A stretch of DNA of 64,000 nucleotides from Planctomycetaceae bacterium (GTDB lineage: Bacteria; Planctomycetota; Planctomycetia; Planctomycetales; Planctomycetaceae). Of the stretch, positions 35,384 to 46,223 are shown piece after piece; within the stretch, counting starts at the first letter, position 1; every line of letters begins with the position of its first letter. The stretch is taken from NCBI GenBank assembly GCA_041398745.1, contig JAWKUB010000005.1:542497-606496 (forward strand), read 5' to 3'. A program made the position numbers and the translations under genes. The notes below the pieces were generated by a model. That model was not told where the DNA came from and ran no database searches. It saw only the letters and a program-made list of their open reading frames with translations.

Positions 35384-38300
35384 ATGTTCACCGATTTATT
35401 CTCAGGTACGAATTGTCGGTTGCTGACTGCCGTCTGCATGTTGAGTCAATTCCTGATTGTCACGGCGTTCGCCCAAACGACGACGCCTGCGAAACCAACA
35501 CCCACTGTTCAGGAGTTCCAGACAAACATTCAGCCGTTGCTGCAGGACCATTGTTTCGGTTGTCACAACGTCGACGAAACTACCTCTGGAGTGCGGGTGG
35601 ATCATCTCGATGGCACGTTGCCCGAGGCACGCATGCGATTATGGGAAGCGATTGAGCGTGAAGTTTCGCATCGCAAAATGCCTCCGGAAGACGAGACGCC
35701 GCTTTCGGAACAGGAGTTTGAGCAACTCACCTCCTGGATGGGCAGGGCACTTACGGAAGCTCGGTCGCGTCCGACTCCCAGGAACGGCCTGATGCGGCGG
35801 CTCACTGTGGCTCAGTACCGCAACACGTTGCGAGACCTGTTGGGAATTGATGATAACCTGACGGACATTCTCCCGCCCGACGCTGTTTCCCGCGACGGGT
35901 TCGTCAACAATCACGAAACGCTGCAACTCACACCGCTACTGGCAGAAGCCTGTTTCGACATTGCTGAGGAGGCACTGAATCGGTGCCTGGTTGATGAGTC
36001 GGCAAAGCCATCCATCCAGAATTTTCGGATGGACTTGGGGCGACACATCAATCCGAATCCGTGCCCCGACCCACTCATTCTCGGGGCGCTCAGCATGCTG
36101 CTGAACAACGACGACTTCATGGTCACGCAGTTGGCCAACGAGAAGCCGTTCGACTACACGCCGTTCTTCATGCAGACCAACTACCGGTTCATTGAAGGGT
36201 ATCAGGGAAATGACACGGTCCGCGGCTGGCGGGAGTACGACAGTATTTATCACTCCGTCTTCGCCTGCGTGCGGGGGACCGATGGATATCCGAAGGGAGA
36301 CCCCTGGAACACTGTACCCGAGGGACTCTTGCTGCGTCCTGCTATTCCGAGTGCTGAGTTGTTTCAGGTCGAGAGTACGTACGGGCCGAAAGCGAATTTC
36401 AAAATTTCGCTGCGGGAACTTCCCGATACAGGCAAGTTCCGCGTCACCGTCAATGCCGCACGCTATGACGACGCACTCTTATTGGAGCCGGATGTACCGC
36501 ATCGAATGGAAGCGAAAGGGGCGCCGTCGCAAATTGTCATCAACAAACCACAGAACGCTCAGGAAGTCACACTTCCGCGTGGCAGGATTTATCAGGTCGA
36601 CGTATTCCCCCGGCAGCCGGAAGCAATTCAGGTTCCGGCAGATGCCTCCCGACTCGACCAACAACTCGTCGGACACTGGACGTTTGATGACACAACCGCG
36701 GCGGTGGATCGTCCCGAAGGATTCACGGGGCAACTGGCTGGCGATGCCCATTTCGTCGAGTCGCCATTTCAACACGCACTCTCGCTCGACGGTGACAATG
36801 ACGCGTTCGTCGCACCGCGCAATGCCTCGATGGACGTGAGGGACGGAGACTTCACCGTCGCCGCCTGGATTTATCCCACAGAGCTGCGGCAGTCTGGGAT
36901 TTTCTGTCTCGGAAAATACAGTTGGACGCACGGATGGTATTTCGACATGCCCAACAATCAGGGTGTGCTGAGAATTGAGACTGTGGGGCCGAACAATTCG
37001 CCCAATGGCACGGTTGCCAGTCGTCCCGGAGCAATTCGGGCCAATCGCTGGCAGCACGTGGCCGCCGTTGTGCGACGCGGCGAGAACGAGACACGTTTGT
37101 TTGTGAATGGCTATCAGGTCGCGACCGGCACCATTGGCAAGGAAGTTCTGGATAATCCTAAGGTCAGCCTGCATATTGGCCGCATCCAGGATGCTCAACA
37201 GTTCAAAGGGGAAATCGACGAAGTCTATTTTTACCGTCGCGCGCTGGACGAGGCAGAACTACAGGCACTGCTGGAAAATGGTCGACCGTTCGTCACTCCT
37301 CCTCCCACAGAGAAGCCACAAAGGTTGCAGTTATTTGTCGGGCAGGAGGGCAGCGGCCAACGTGAATTCAGCGGCGTGCTGCACAGTCCTGCATTTGCCG
37401 CAATGCGGCTCGAACAAGGTCCCCTCTCCATTCAGGCTGCCTATCCGGGTTCGACGCCATTGGACCGACTCATGTTGACACCGCTTCCCGCGGAGGATGA
37501 AATCGCCCAGCGTTTCGCTGTGTTTGAAAGTCGGTCGCCGCGAGTGGGGGTTCACTTGGGATTACGTCGCGACTGCGGGAGTACGCTGACTCAAGTTGGG
37601 AACGCCCAGCGTGTCGATGGCCGCGAAGTGCAGCCTTACGTTTTTGAAGGGGCCATCTCAAATTATCCCAGCCCCGACGTCGAGAAGGACAACGTCAACT
37701 ATCTTGCGGGCATCAAAGAAATAGGTGTGCGCAGCGAATACACAGACGGGCGCGACATGCCCCGACTTCTCATTCGCTCGATCGAGTTCGAAGGTCCGTA
37801 CTACGACACATGGCCACCTTCAACGCATCGACAGATTTTCGTCGACTCACCGCACCCGAAAGATTCAGCCGAGTATGCGCATGAGGTCATTAAGAGATTC
37901 GCTCAGCGTGCCTATCGTCGACCGTTAACCAAGCTAGAAGAAGATCAGCTGACACGAGTCTTCGATGAATCTCGCGGAGATGGAAATTCTTTCGGACAAT
38001 CAGTCCGTGACGCTTTGCTCGTCGTGCTTACATCCCCTCAGTTTCTCATGTTGATTGAAAGTAGTTCCGGACCGGAGCCGGAGCCGCTGGATCAGTATGA
38101 GTTGGCTTCAAAGCTGTCATACTTTCTCTGGAACGCTCCACCCGACGAAGGATTGTTGGAGTGCGCGGCCGACGGTCGCCTGTATGAGGAACTGGATGAG
38201 CAAACGGACCGGCTCATTGATGATCCTCGCTTCTCGCAGTTTACCAACGAGTTTGTGCCGCAGTGGTTGAATCTTGAGAAGCTGGCGGTGCTCGAACCGG

Positions 38301-39073
38301 ACCGCAGTCGCTTCCCGGAACTCACCAGAGACGTGAAGCAGCAACTGGCGCAGGAACCGGTTTCGTATGTCAGCCATCTGGTTCGTGAGAATCGGCCGGT
38401 GAGCGAATTGATTTCAGCGGATTACATCATCGCCAATGAAGTCGTCGCGGCATACTACAATTTGGGAGAGAAGACAGAGCAGGGGTTCGATTTTGTATGC
38501 ATTCCGCATCAGCGAAATGATCTGGGCGGTGTGCTGAGCCATGCGGGGACGCTCGCAGGCCTCTCCGATGGGCGTGAGCCGAATCCCATTAAGCGGGGTG
38601 CGTGGATAGCCAGGAAAATCATCGCCGAACCGCCAGCTGATCCTCCACCCAATGTTCCGAAACTTGGCGAACAGAACGGGAACCTGTCGCTGCGTGCGCG
38701 GTTGGAACACCATCGTAACCAACCTGGATGTGCGAAATGCCACTCGGGAATCGATCCCTGGGGATTGCCATTCCAGCAATACGATGCGGGAGGACGCTTT
38801 CGTCGTGAACCAGTCGCCGCCGATTCGACGCTGCCCGATCAAACTGAGGTCAATGGAGTGGCTGAGCTGAAGCGGTATCTGGCAGAAGACCGCATCGATC
38901 AGGTGGCCTTCGGCATGTTGAAACATCTGTCGATTTACGCCAGTGGCCGCAGTCTCACCTATCACGAGATTGAGTTACTTCGGCGTGAAGGTATAGCATT
39001 ACGGGACGATGGCTACCGAATGCGCGACCTCATCCACTTCGTCGTCCATAGCCCCGTCTTTCTGGAGAAGTAA
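35384..39073 (+). CDS. DUF1592/DUF1595/DUF1587/DUF1588/DUF1585-family protein with an N-terminal cytochrome-c-like CxxCH and an inserted LamG-like domain
   Basis: Signal-like N-terminus, then CFGCHN. The LamG-like block runs LVGHWTFDD...FTVAAWIYP...[24 protein letters not shown] lies near the C-terminus. A DUF1552 gene follows 2 nt downstream. Confidence 0.8.
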   Translation: MFTDLFSGTNCRLLTAVCMLSQFLIVTAFAQTTTPAKPTPTVQEFQTNIQPLLQDHCFGCHNVDETTSGVRVDHLDGTLPEARMRLWEAIEREVSHRKMPPEDETPLSEQEFEQLTSWMGRALTEARSRPTPRNGLMRRLTVAQYRNTLRDLLGIDDNLTDILPPDAVSRDGFVNNHETLQLTPLLAEACFDIAEEALNRCLVDESAKPSIQNFRMDLGRHINPNPCPDPLILGALSMLLNNDDFMVTQLANEKPFDYTPFFMQTNYRFIEGYQGNDTVRGWREYDSIYHSVFACVRGTDGYPKGDPWNTVPEGLLLRPAIPSAELFQVESTYGPKANFKISLRELPDTGKFRVTVNAARYDDALLLEPDVPHRMEAKGAPSQIVINKPQNAQEVTLPRGRIYQVDVFPRQPEAIQVPADASRLDQQLVGHWTFDDTTAAVDRPEGFTGQLAGDAHFVESPFQHALSLDGDNDAFVAPRNASMDVRDGDFTVAAWIYPTELRQSGIFCLGKYSWTHGWYFDMPNNQGVLRIETVGPNNSPNGTVASRPGAIRANRWQHVAAVVRRGENETRLFVNGYQVATGTIGKEVLDNPKVSLHIGRIQDAQQFKGEIDEVYFYRRALDEAELQALLENGRPFVTPPPTEKPQRLQLFVGQEGSGQREFSGVLHSPAFAAMRLEQGPLSIQAAYPGSTPLDRLMLTPLPAEDEIAQRFAVFESRSPRVGVHLGLRRDCGSTLTQVGNAQRVDGREVQPYVFEGAISNYPSPDVEKDNVNYLAGIKEIGVRSEYTDGRDMPRLLIRSIEFEGPYYDTWPPSTHRQIFVDSPHPKDSAEYAHEVIKRFAQRAYRRPLTKLEEDQLTRVFDESRGDGNSFGQSVRDALLVVLTSPQFLMLIESSSGPEPEPLDQYELASKLSYFLWNAPPDEGLLECAADGRLYEELDEQTDRLIDDPRFSQFTNEFVPQWLNLEKLAVLEPDRSRFPELTRDVKQQLAQEPVSYVSHLVRENRPVSELISADYIIANEVVAAYYNLGEKTEQGFDFVCIPHQRNDLGGVLSHAGTLAGLSDGREPNPIKRGAWIARKIIAEPPADPPPNVPKLGEQNGNLSLRARLEHHRNQPGCAKCHSGIDPWGLPFQQYDAGGRFRREPVAADSTLPDQTEVNGVAELKRYLAEDRIDQVAFGMLKHLSIYASGRSLTYHEIELLRREGIALRDDGYRMRDLIHFVVHSPVFLEK

Positions 39074-39075
39074 CC

Positions 39076-40413
39076 ATGGCTGCATTACGACTCGATCGCC
39101 GAGCCGTTCTCAAAGGCATTGCCGGTGCCACGCTGGCGCTGCCCGTACTCGACGCCATGGGTGACGAAGTTGCCAGCCAAATCCCACGGCGGTTCTGTGC
39201 CTTGTACACGGCGAACGGCATGTCACTGCCGAACGCTCAGCACGGTATGGAGGAGTGGAGTTGGTTTCCCACGCAGGAAGAAAATGGTCGGTTTGTGTTG
39301 GGCAAGTCGACAGAGCCACTCGCGGCGTTCCAAAATCACATGACGTTTTTCGGGGGGATGTATCACCCCAGCGGACCGAAGGCCGATCCACACGTTTGTT
39401 CTGACATGTGGTTGACGGGCGCCCCGCTCCATAATCCCAAACCGGGAACATACAACTCCGTCGGGCTCGACCAAATCATCGCACTACATACAAAACAGTA
39501 CTGCCGTCAGCCTTCGCTGGTCCTCTCCATCGATGCCGGAACAGGATTCCTGTCCCGCACCGGTACGATTTCTTATAGCCTCGAAGGGAAGCCGATTCCG
39601 GCGGAAAACAATCCCAGACGTGTATTTGATCGACTATTCCGGGGAGACCGAGCCTCACTGCAATCGGAGCGTGAACAACTCAAACGCAGAATTCGACTGG
39701 TCGACGCTGTCCTCGAAAATGCCCGTTCGCTGAATCAACAGTTGGGCCAGTCGGACCGCGACCGGATGGACCAGTATTTGACGTCGCTGAATGAAGTGGA
39801 GTCACGTCTCATTGCCTCGGAACAGTGGATCGATATTCCGCTGAAGCAGCAGGACTATTCTCACCTCGACCTGGATGTGACGAACGAGAGTGCGCCGGCG
39901 GACTATTACCGCAACATGTTCGACCTGATTGCACTGGCTTTTGATGCCGACATTACCCGGTCTGTCGCCTTCATGCTGAATCGGGAAGATGGCATGGGGA
40001 TTAGCGATACGTTTCCGCTGAAGCTAGGTTTGACGAGAACACATCACAGCCTGTCCCATGCGGGCGACAAAGACGGACAGCTCGAGTTCGCCAGGTACGA
40101 CCGCTTCCTCAGCGAGCAACTGGCCCACCTGTTTGGTCAACTGCAGAACTATCGAGACCGCGAAGGAAGCGTGCTCGACAACACGCTTGTCCTTTACGGC
40201 AGCGGTGCGAGCACCACTCATAACCCCCGCAATTTGCCCACGCTCATTGCCGGTGGAAACAATCTGGGACTGCAGCATGGAACGTATTGGCGGGATGGCG
40301 AATCGCGCATGTCCAATTTGTTCGTCAGCATTTTGCGAACACTGGATTTGCCAGTTGAGTCATTCTCCGACAGTACAGGAACTGTCGCTGAGTCGGTCTT
40401 TACCCGCACATGA
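39076..40413 (+). CDS. DUF1552-family protein (partner of DUF1592 proteins) with a Tat-like leader
   Basis: [25 protein letters not shown]. Size and gene pairing are typical for this family. Confidence 0.75.
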   Translation: MAALRLDRRAVLKGIAGATLALPVLDAMGDEVASQIPRRFCALYTANGMSLPNAQHGMEEWSWFPTQEENGRFVLGKSTEPLAAFQNHMTFFGGMYHPSGPKADPHVCSDMWLTGAPLHNPKPGTYNSVGLDQIIALHTKQYCRQPSLVLSIDAGTGFLSRTGTISYSLEGKPIPAENNPRRVFDRLFRGDRASLQSEREQLKRRIRLVDAVLENARSLNQQLGQSDRDRMDQYLTSLNEVESRLIASEQWIDIPLKQQDYSHLDLDVTNESAPADYYRNMFDLIALAFDADITRSVAFMLNREDGMGISDTFPLKLGLTRTHHSLSHAGDKDGQLEFARYDRFLSEQLAHLFGQLQNYRDREGSVLDNTLVLYGSGASTTHNPRNLPTLIAGGNNLGLQHGTYWRDGESRMSNLFVSILRTLDLPVESFSDSTGTVAESVFTRT

Positions 40414-40542
40414 ATTTGCCACTGATTCCGCTTCTAAGTTCTTGAGGGAATCAAACGCATGACATGCGAAGTAGCACATCGGTCCCCACTGGGACACGGA
40501 GAGGCAATTCTAATGGGGACAGCCTACCGCGAATTGCGACAC

Positions 40543-40575
40543 CCATCACTTCACTACGCTTCGTACTGGGGCGTG
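40543..40575 (+). repeat. REP-like element, family 1, copy 1 (CCATCACTTCACTnCGyTTCGTnCnGGGnCGTG)
   Basis: Aligned by eye with 41712-41744 and 42648-42680. Confidence 0.8.
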
Positions 40576-40599
40576 CCACCCCAACCGTGGCCACCGACG

Positions 40600-41715
40600 T
40601 CATGCATCTTGCCAGCGAGTGGACGGCAAGTTTTCCATTAGGTGTTCGCTCCCCTTGTCGATAGCAGTTTGTCTTTCATTTTCTGTTATCGGGATGAACC
40701 AAAGCAGATTCACTGGATCCCCGAACTGATGGTCAGTGGGTAATTCGTTCAAAGCTGGATGGCTCTTTGTCACTAGCCCATGTGTGTATTTCGGATTTTT
40801 CCAGGAGCCGCACGGAATCGTGTGACCATCGCCAAACCAGGTGAAATGGCTCCAAGGCAGGCCACTCTGAGCGCTCAAATAAGAATCGAACGCTCGTTCG
40901 TCGTCAGCTGACCATGTTTTTGGTAGCACCACACCCAATTCAATTCTGCGGATCAGTTCGGGGTGTTCGGACAACGAATCAACGTTCGGCTGAGGCCTCA
41001 AACTGAGCCCAATCGTGGAATGAATGGAACGGTCCTTTTGTGGAATTCGTATGAGTGCTTTAGGTGGCCAGCAACCGCCATCAATGGCGTAATAGATCGA
41101 ATGACTTCCGAATTGTTCTTCGAGGTACGACAGTCTTGCGGACTGGAATGTGGGCCAGAATTCCTGACTATCCCACTGTTCCCAGTAATCTGCTGCGTCG
41201 CTGAACCTCTCAACCAGGACATTCTCCGGAGACAATTCCCAAGCCAGGGGACCTTGTCCCACGCATTCGGTTGAATAGCCATGGAACCCTTCAAAACCAC
41301 TCCACGGAGGGATGATGCTCAGCAGTTCTTCGTCATCATAGAGTGCGGCACCGTTCCCTTCAGGAAGCCAGACGACGCGTAGGCTATCAGATCGTAACGG
41401 TGACAGTCCCTCCGGATGTCGACAGAACGGTGCGGGATTAGCTGGCGGCAACCCTTGTCGCATTGAGCCCACATCAAGCGCTTCAGGCGCTGGGGTCAGG
41501 TTCCGCACCCACACCGACTTCATTGGGAACTCGATTTTAGGAGAGCCATACAGATAGAAGTAAACGGCTTGATCAGTCGACTCAACTACAGCCTGAACGT
41601 TGCCGTTCGGATTCACCTGTTCCAGTAAGACATCATTCACCGCGCAACTCCTTGAACAAAAGTTCTTCTCCTCAACTAAGCGGAACGGGTGGTCTACCGT
41701 GATCGCCAGTCCCAT
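40600..41715 (-). CDS. Suppressor-of-fused (SUFU)-like, immunity-type protein
   Basis: The C-terminal half (...IHSTIGLSLRP...IELGVVLP...VNLLWFIPITENERQTAIDKGSEHLMENL) fits the bacterial SUFU-like domain pattern. The ORF track start at 41763 runs through a REP element, so the ATG at 41715 is preferred. Confidence 0.55.
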   Translation of the reverse strand: MGLAITVDHPFRLVEEKNFCSRSCAVNDVLLEQVNPNGNVQAVVESTDQAVYFYLYGSPKIEFPMKSVWVRNLTPAPEALDVGSMRQGLPPANPAPFCRHPEGLSPLRSDSLRVVWLPEGNGAALYDDEELLSIIPPWSGFEGFHGYSTECVGQGPLAWELSPENVLVERFSDAADYWEQWDSQEFWPTFQSARLSYLEEQFGSHSIYYAIDGGCWPPKALIRIPQKDRSIHSTIGLSLRPQPNVDSLSEHPELIRRIELGVVLPKTWSADDERAFDSYLSAQSGLPWSHFTWFGDGHTIPCGSWKNPKYTHGLVTKSHPALNELPTDHQFGDPVNLLWFIPITENERQTAIDKGSEHLMENLPSTRWQDA

Positions 41716-41744
41716 CACTTCACTCCGTTTCGTTCCGGGTCGTG
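41712..41744 (+). repeat. REP-like element, family 1, copy 2
   Basis: CCATCACTTCACTCCGTTTCGTTCCGGGTCGTG. Confidence 0.8.
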
Positions 41745-41759
41745 TCACCCGTCCCGGAA

Positions 41760-42170
41760 TCAATCGAAGTCCTCGTCGAAAGGTTCATATTGAATTGGCT
41801 TCTTGCCTGTTTCCTTGACGACACGCGGGTACTTGACCCCAGCTGCTGGATTCTGTGGACGTTTTCGCGACTTGCTCACCCTGAACAGCCAACTGTCACC
41901 GTAATCGAACAGATAAAACAACTGCTGCTTCGGCGGAAGAGGAAACAGGTTGGCGAGCTTGGTTTCGTAGAGACCGCCATTCTCGTCATCGTATCGAACC
42001 CGATTGTAAGCCCGCACGTGACGGGCGACGTAGAATTCGTAGAGGTGGTCATTATCGAAGTTCACTGCCTTCTGGATGGCCCAATGGAGATGTTCGAGAA
42101 CAGATTCGTCCTCGATTTCAATGTCAGCACTCCATTCAGAGCCCAGTCTGATGGTCAGCGTGATAATCAA
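41760..42170 (-). CDS. pRiA4b ORF-3-like family protein
   Basis: LHWAIQKAVNFDNDHLYEFY and FYLFDYGDSWLFRV match the characteristic LHxxIQxAFGW..HLxxF / YxYDFGDxW pattern. Confidence 0.65.
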   Translation of the reverse strand: MIITLTIRLGSEWSADIEIEDESVLEHLHWAIQKAVNFDNDHLYEFYVARHVRAYNRVRYDDENGGLYETKLANLFPLPPKQQLFYLFDYGDSWLFRVSKSRKRPQNPAAGVKYPRVVKETGKKPIQYEPFDEDFD

Positions 42171-42280
42171 CGTCGGTCATCCCAGGTTGAAGGCAACAGC
42201 AAGGCCCGCTGTGAATTGTGGCACATAAGCCGTCCAACCTACAAGGGCATCCAGCACCGGTAATTTCATCCAATTCCATA

Positions 42281-42315
42281 ACCCCCTCCGCGTTCCCCGC
42301 GTCTCGGCGTGAGAC
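42281..42315 (+). repeat. REP-like element, family 2, copy 1 (CCCCTCCGCGwTCCCCGCGTnnnnGCGTGAG)
   Basis: Aligned by eye with 42595-42629 and, inverted, with 54638-54672. Confidence 0.8.
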
Positions 42316-42594
42316 TACTCTTCTGGACTACTACTCGATCCGGACGATGATACCCAACAGGAATCAAAGACTCACGCGGAGACACGGAGAAAGAATTTCT
42401 TTGGACACTCAGTCCAATTCCCGCCTGTTTGGTTGGTCGATTCTGAGTTTCTTGGCTGAGTTGAAGCCGAAGACGTAACCCGGCTTTGCGATATCAACTC
42501 TCGAATGCCAAGGACTCATCGCAGCCTACGCTCGTTCCCGATGAATCTTCATAGCTTCATCATTGAATCCCCATTGATCTCGTCGAATCCCATT

Positions 42595-42629
42595 ATCCCC
42601 TCCGCGATCCCCGCGTCACCGCGTGAGCC
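42595..42629 (+). repeat. REP-like element, family 2, copy 2
   Basis: ATCCCCTCCGCGATCCCCGCGTCACCGCGTGAGCC, directly followed by a family 1 copy. Confidence 0.8.
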
Positions 42630-42647
42630 TACTGCGGACTGCCACGT

Positions 42648-42680
42648 CCATCACTTCACTCCGTTTCGTTCTGGGTCGTG
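42648..42680 (+). repeat. REP-like element, family 1, copy 3
   Basis: CCATCACTTCACTCCGTTTCGTTCTGGGTCGTG. Confidence 0.8.
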
Positions 42681-43185
42681 ACATCAGACCCTCTACGGGT
42701 TGAACTGGCAGAAGAAATCACAGTCGTAGGCCGTGGTGATGACTGGTACCGGGAATGCCAGTGGCCCACTGGTCAATGCCCTTGCGATTAACTGAACGAC
42801 TCGCATCTTCACAAGGAGTTCCGCTGCATCTGCGACTGATTCCCATTCTTCATCTTCGAATTTCTCTTCCTTCACGTACCATTCAAAATCTTCCTGTGCC
42901 TTCTCCAATCCCGTAAGCGTGAAAGAATCCCATTCGGTTGATTTCGGGTAACAGAGCCATTCGTAGTCGTCGGAAATGCCATGAATAACGTCGTAGGCAT
43001 TTGAATCGAAGTACCAACGATCGTTGTTGAACACGAATCCGTTGTGGGGCAAATAGACCGCTTTCACATCAAAATCGCGCTGGCACTTGATCAGAAATCC
43101 ATTGATGTGATTCAGCACCATTTGAGGAGGATTCGTAAATTCCGAAGTCAATACTGACTCGAATCGCTGAGGTGCTTGGGATTTC

Positions 43186-43533
43186 GTGGACAGTTGGAAA
43201 TCTTATTCTGTGTGGTCGGGAGGAAGACCGATGGCACGCGGAAAGAGTACCAAAACGAAGACGCGGGAGCGTCGTACGTACACCGAGGATTTCAAGCGGG
43301 ATGCTGTGCAGTTGCACTTGGATGGTCAGTCGGCCCCGGCGGTGGCACAGCGGCTGGGGCTCTCTAGCGTGAATCTGTTGTACCGCTGGAAGCGGGAGTT
43401 CATCAGCCAGGCAGGAGTGGCGGCCGAGTCACTGGAAGCGCGGGTGCGGCAACTGGAGGAGGAACTCCGGCGGGTCGAGCGGGAGCGTGACATCCTAAAA
43501 AAAGCCTTGTCCATTTTCAGCCGCAGCGGGTAG
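43186..43533 (+). CDS. IS3-family transposase OrfA (HTH)
   Basis: 115 aa. An A7G slippery run at 43497-43504 lies near its end, typical of -1 frameshifting that yields OrfAB. Confidence 0.9.
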   Translation: MDSWKSYSVWSGGRPMARGKSTKTKTRERRTYTEDFKRDAVQLHLDGQSAPAVAQRLGLSSVNLLYRWKREFISQAGVAAESLEARVRQLEEELRRVERERDILKKALSIFSRSG

Positions 43534-43559
43534 CCGACGTCTACGCAGCAATTCAGCAG

Positions 43560-44408
43560 GTGATTTTTCAAGAGGCATTTCCGGTGAGTGTGGTGTGTCG
43601 CACATTGAACGTTTCTCGGTCTGGCTTTCACGCCTGGAAGCGTGAAAGAGTGTCTCCTCAAAGAGAGCAGGAAGAACCGCTACACGCGATGATTTGTGAG
43701 ATCTTTCATCAACACAAGCAACGCTATGGAGCACGTCGCATCGCGGCGGAACTGCGGGAACGCAATGTTCTCTGTGGTGTGGATCGAGTCTCACGAGTCA
43801 TGAAAACACTGGGTCTCAGAGCTATACAGCCCAAGTCGTTCAAGCCCCGAACCACGGAAAGCAGGCACACACTGGGTTACAACGACAACCTCCTGTTGAA
43901 CCGTCCACAACCGGTTAAGATCAATGAAGTGTGGGTCGGTGACATCACGTATTTGCCGCTTTGTCAACGGGGACAGTTCGCCTATCTGGCTCTACTTATG
44001 GACCTGTACTCTCGGCGTGTTGTTGGCTGGGATGTGCGTGGTGACATGACGACAGACCTCGTGCTCGCCGCTCTCGAGTATGCAATCCGCTCACGCGCAA
44101 TGAGCCCTGGCCTCCTTCATCACACCGATCGAGGCGGACAATACGCCGGCAAGAAATACCGCGGGGTACTGCGTCGCCACGGCATCCTGCAAAGCATGAG
44201 CCGCGCCGGCAACTGCTATGACAATGCATTTCTGGAAAGCTGCTTCGGAACCATCAAGACGGAGCTGGAAATCACCGAATACAAAAACAGCGAGTGTGCC
44301 CGCGCCGAAATCCACAGCTACCTCAGCTACTACAACCTCGAACGCAAACACTCCACCCTGAACTACCAATCACCCCACCAATTCGAACAACAGACCACGC
44401 GGAAATAA
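43560..44408 (+). CDS. IS3-family transposase OrfB (rve/DDE integrase core), probably expressed as an OrfAB fusion
   Basis: WVGDITY, HHTDRGGQY and NCYDNAFLESCFGTIKTE form the D, D, E core. Confidence 0.9.
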   Translation: MIFQEAFPVSVVCRTLNVSRSGFHAWKRERVSPQREQEEPLHAMICEIFHQHKQRYGARRIAAELRERNVLCGVDRVSRVMKTLGLRAIQPKSFKPRTTESRHTLGYNDNLLLNRPQPVKINEVWVGDITYLPLCQRGQFAYLALLMDLYSRRVVGWDVRGDMTTDLVLAALEYAIRSRAMSPGLLHHTDRGGQYAGKKYRGVLRRHGILQSMSRAGNCYDNAFLESCFGTIKTELEITEYKNSECARAEIHSYLSYYNLERKHSTLNYQSPHQFEQQTTRK

Positions 44409-44654
44409 GACACAACACTGTCCACGAAATCCCAAGCACCTCACGCTTCGATTCTTGAGCACGAAGTGCATCCTCGGCAATTCGTACCGCAACGTCCAAT
44501 TCTCCTTTGACAAGGGAGGCGCCAACGCTTGCGAATATGTCTTGGTGCATGGCTACATTCGTCCACAATTTGGGGTTAAGAAATAGTAAGGTCTGCCTTG
44601 AGAACGAGGATCCATTGGAAGTACACACCAATCTTCAAGGCGTCTTCTACTCAA

Positions 44655-46121
44655 CTAGATGAAGAATTGGCTCCGTGCCCAAGTCGTCGACTTAATACCT
44701 GCCGACCTCTGCCTCCACCACGAAAGCAGGTAGGCGACAAGTGCAATGGCCGCGCTTCCGCCCAGTGCGTAGTACGTGGGAATCTGACCGATTCTTCCGT
44801 TGACGACCAAAATTAGCGTGAACAAAAAGCAGGCAAACGAAATGAGGAACCCAGTCCCTTGTATCCAGCTACAACTGGAGTGTACGTCGTAGCACTTCCG
44901 ACAACGCGGCATGGAACCGCTTTTGTAACGAACTGTTCGTCGACCCACATTTTGCGATTCATGAAACGTAAAGTCATAGATGCCGCCGTCCTTTGCAACG
45001 AGTTGCTTGTCACAGAATGGACAGCACGCCAAAACAGACAGTTGCATTTTTTCATGAGCAGCAAACTGCCATTTCCGTGTCCCCCAGGCGGTCAGCAAGA
45101 TCAAGCCAACGACAGTCGCAAGAAGCGACTCGAGGATGATTAAAGCGAGCAACCCGTCCTCATTCTTGAACAAGTCTGCGCGGAATGGCTCCCAGAACAG
45201 AAACGAAAGGGGCAATGCCAGCAGGAATAGAGAGATAGAGATGTTCGAGAAGGAAAAAACTCTGGAGGGCGGATACTGACCAAGGTCCACCTTGAGTCGT
45301 GATTGCTGCACTTGCTCAATTCCGAGGTTTGTCGAGTTGCAATGCAATTCCAGCGGTTTGAGAAAACTCAGAACAAACTCAACAAGCGGACGCCGCTGTC
45401 GCACTAGCATGAGACTTGTGTCGAGGACAACTTCCTCGCTGGCAAACCTAAGAATGAAAACGCCGACTGGTCTTCCTTGAGACTTGGCGCAAACGCGAAC
45501 ACTGAGAAGGTCATCCCAGCGGTACGTTTTCCCAGTGCTCAATTGCAACTCTTGCTCCGAAATCCAGCTATTGTTGCAAGTCCTAAGTAGTGCGAATGAC
45601 ATCGGATTAACGGGATATACGAACGCGACTTTACCCGAATTCACTGCCAACCGCCTCCAGCGGTCTTGAATGGCAAGCACCATCCACATGCCGAGAACAG
45701 TCACTGCTATCGTCGCCGCAACGGCAGCAGCAACCTGAACTCGCAGTTCAATCGCGACTACTGGTCCTTCAAAAGTGACTTCTTTTGGCCATTTGGAGTA
45801 ATCAGCCCCGGTAATAGTCGCGTCATGGAATTGATACGCAATGACATCTGCGGCAATGGTAGCGACAAGGAACAGCATCGCGCCATAGAAAGACGCCCTC
45901 ACGAAAGACGGGAACCCCGTCCACATCTTCCGAAGTATGAGGGCGACCATTGCGAGTGTCGGAGCATTGGACGCCTGGCTGCCAAATGCACCAATGTCAA
46001 ACGTCAATTTCACATCAGGACGACATGTAGCAAGCGAGGGCTTCGTCGTTTTTGGAAGCTGAATTGTTCTACTCGGAGGTGTGTTGGTCATTGCATTTCG
46101 TGGCAGGAGGCAGACTGCCAC
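44655..46121 (-). CDS. Hypothetical multi-pass membrane protein with a Cys-rich (CPFC...CRKC) zinc-ribbon-like insert
   Basis: Several hydrophobic segments and a CCPFCDK...PRCRKC motif. The start is uncertain. Confidence 0.55.
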   Translation of the reverse strand: MAVCLLPRNAMTNTPPSRTIQLPKTTKPSLATCRPDVKLTFDIGAFGSQASNAPTLAMVALILRKMWTGFPSFVRASFYGAMLFLVATIAADVIAYQFHDATITGADYSKWPKEVTFEGPVVAIELRVQVAAAVAATIAVTVLGMWMVLAIQDRWRRLAVNSGKVAFVYPVNPMSFALLRTCNNSWISEQELQLSTGKTYRWDDLLSVRVCAKSQGRPVGVFILRFASEEVVLDTSLMLVRQRRPLVEFVLSFLKPLELHCNSTNLGIEQVQQSRLKVDLGQYPPSRVFSFSNISISLFLLALPLSFLFWEPFRADLFKNEDGLLALIILESLLATVVGLILLTAWGTRKWQFAAHEKMQLSVLACCPFCDKQLVAKDGGIYDFTFHESQNVGRRTVRYKSGSMPRCRKCYDVHSSCSWIQGTGFLISFACFLFTLILVVNGRIGQIPTYYALGGSAAIALVAYLLSWWRQRSAGIKSTTWARSQFFI

Positions 46122-46223
46122 CTGCCATTCCCGAGTTGCGAAGCAAAGAGCGGAAGATTTGCGCTTCCAAAATCAGAAGCATGCCCACGCCACTTCCGCG
46201 GCGTGGGCATGGCACATTCATCC

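Larger units (their letters stand above)
43168..44443 (+). mobile_element. Intact IS3-family insertion sequence (1276 bp) with 26-bp perfect terminal inverted repeats and a 3-bp target-site duplication
   Basis: IRL TGAGGTGCTTGGGATTTCGTGGACAG (43168-43193) is the exact reverse complement of 44418-44443. The flanking CGC (43165-43167) is repeated at 44444-44446. Confidence 0.9.
42693..44550 (-). pseudogene. Hypothetical (immunity-like, acidic) gene split by the IS3 insertion
   Basis: Removing 43168-44443 and one copy of the CGC duplication joins ...RAQESK (from the ATG at 44550) in frame to RFESVLTSEFTNPPQ... (the ORF ending at 42693). Confidence 0.75.

Noticed and set aside
36479-37198. 239-aa minus-strand ORF (and 38414-38965, 183 aa)
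   Set aside because: Both are antisense to the DUF1592-family gene, whose sense frame carries clear family motifs. These are shadow ORFs.
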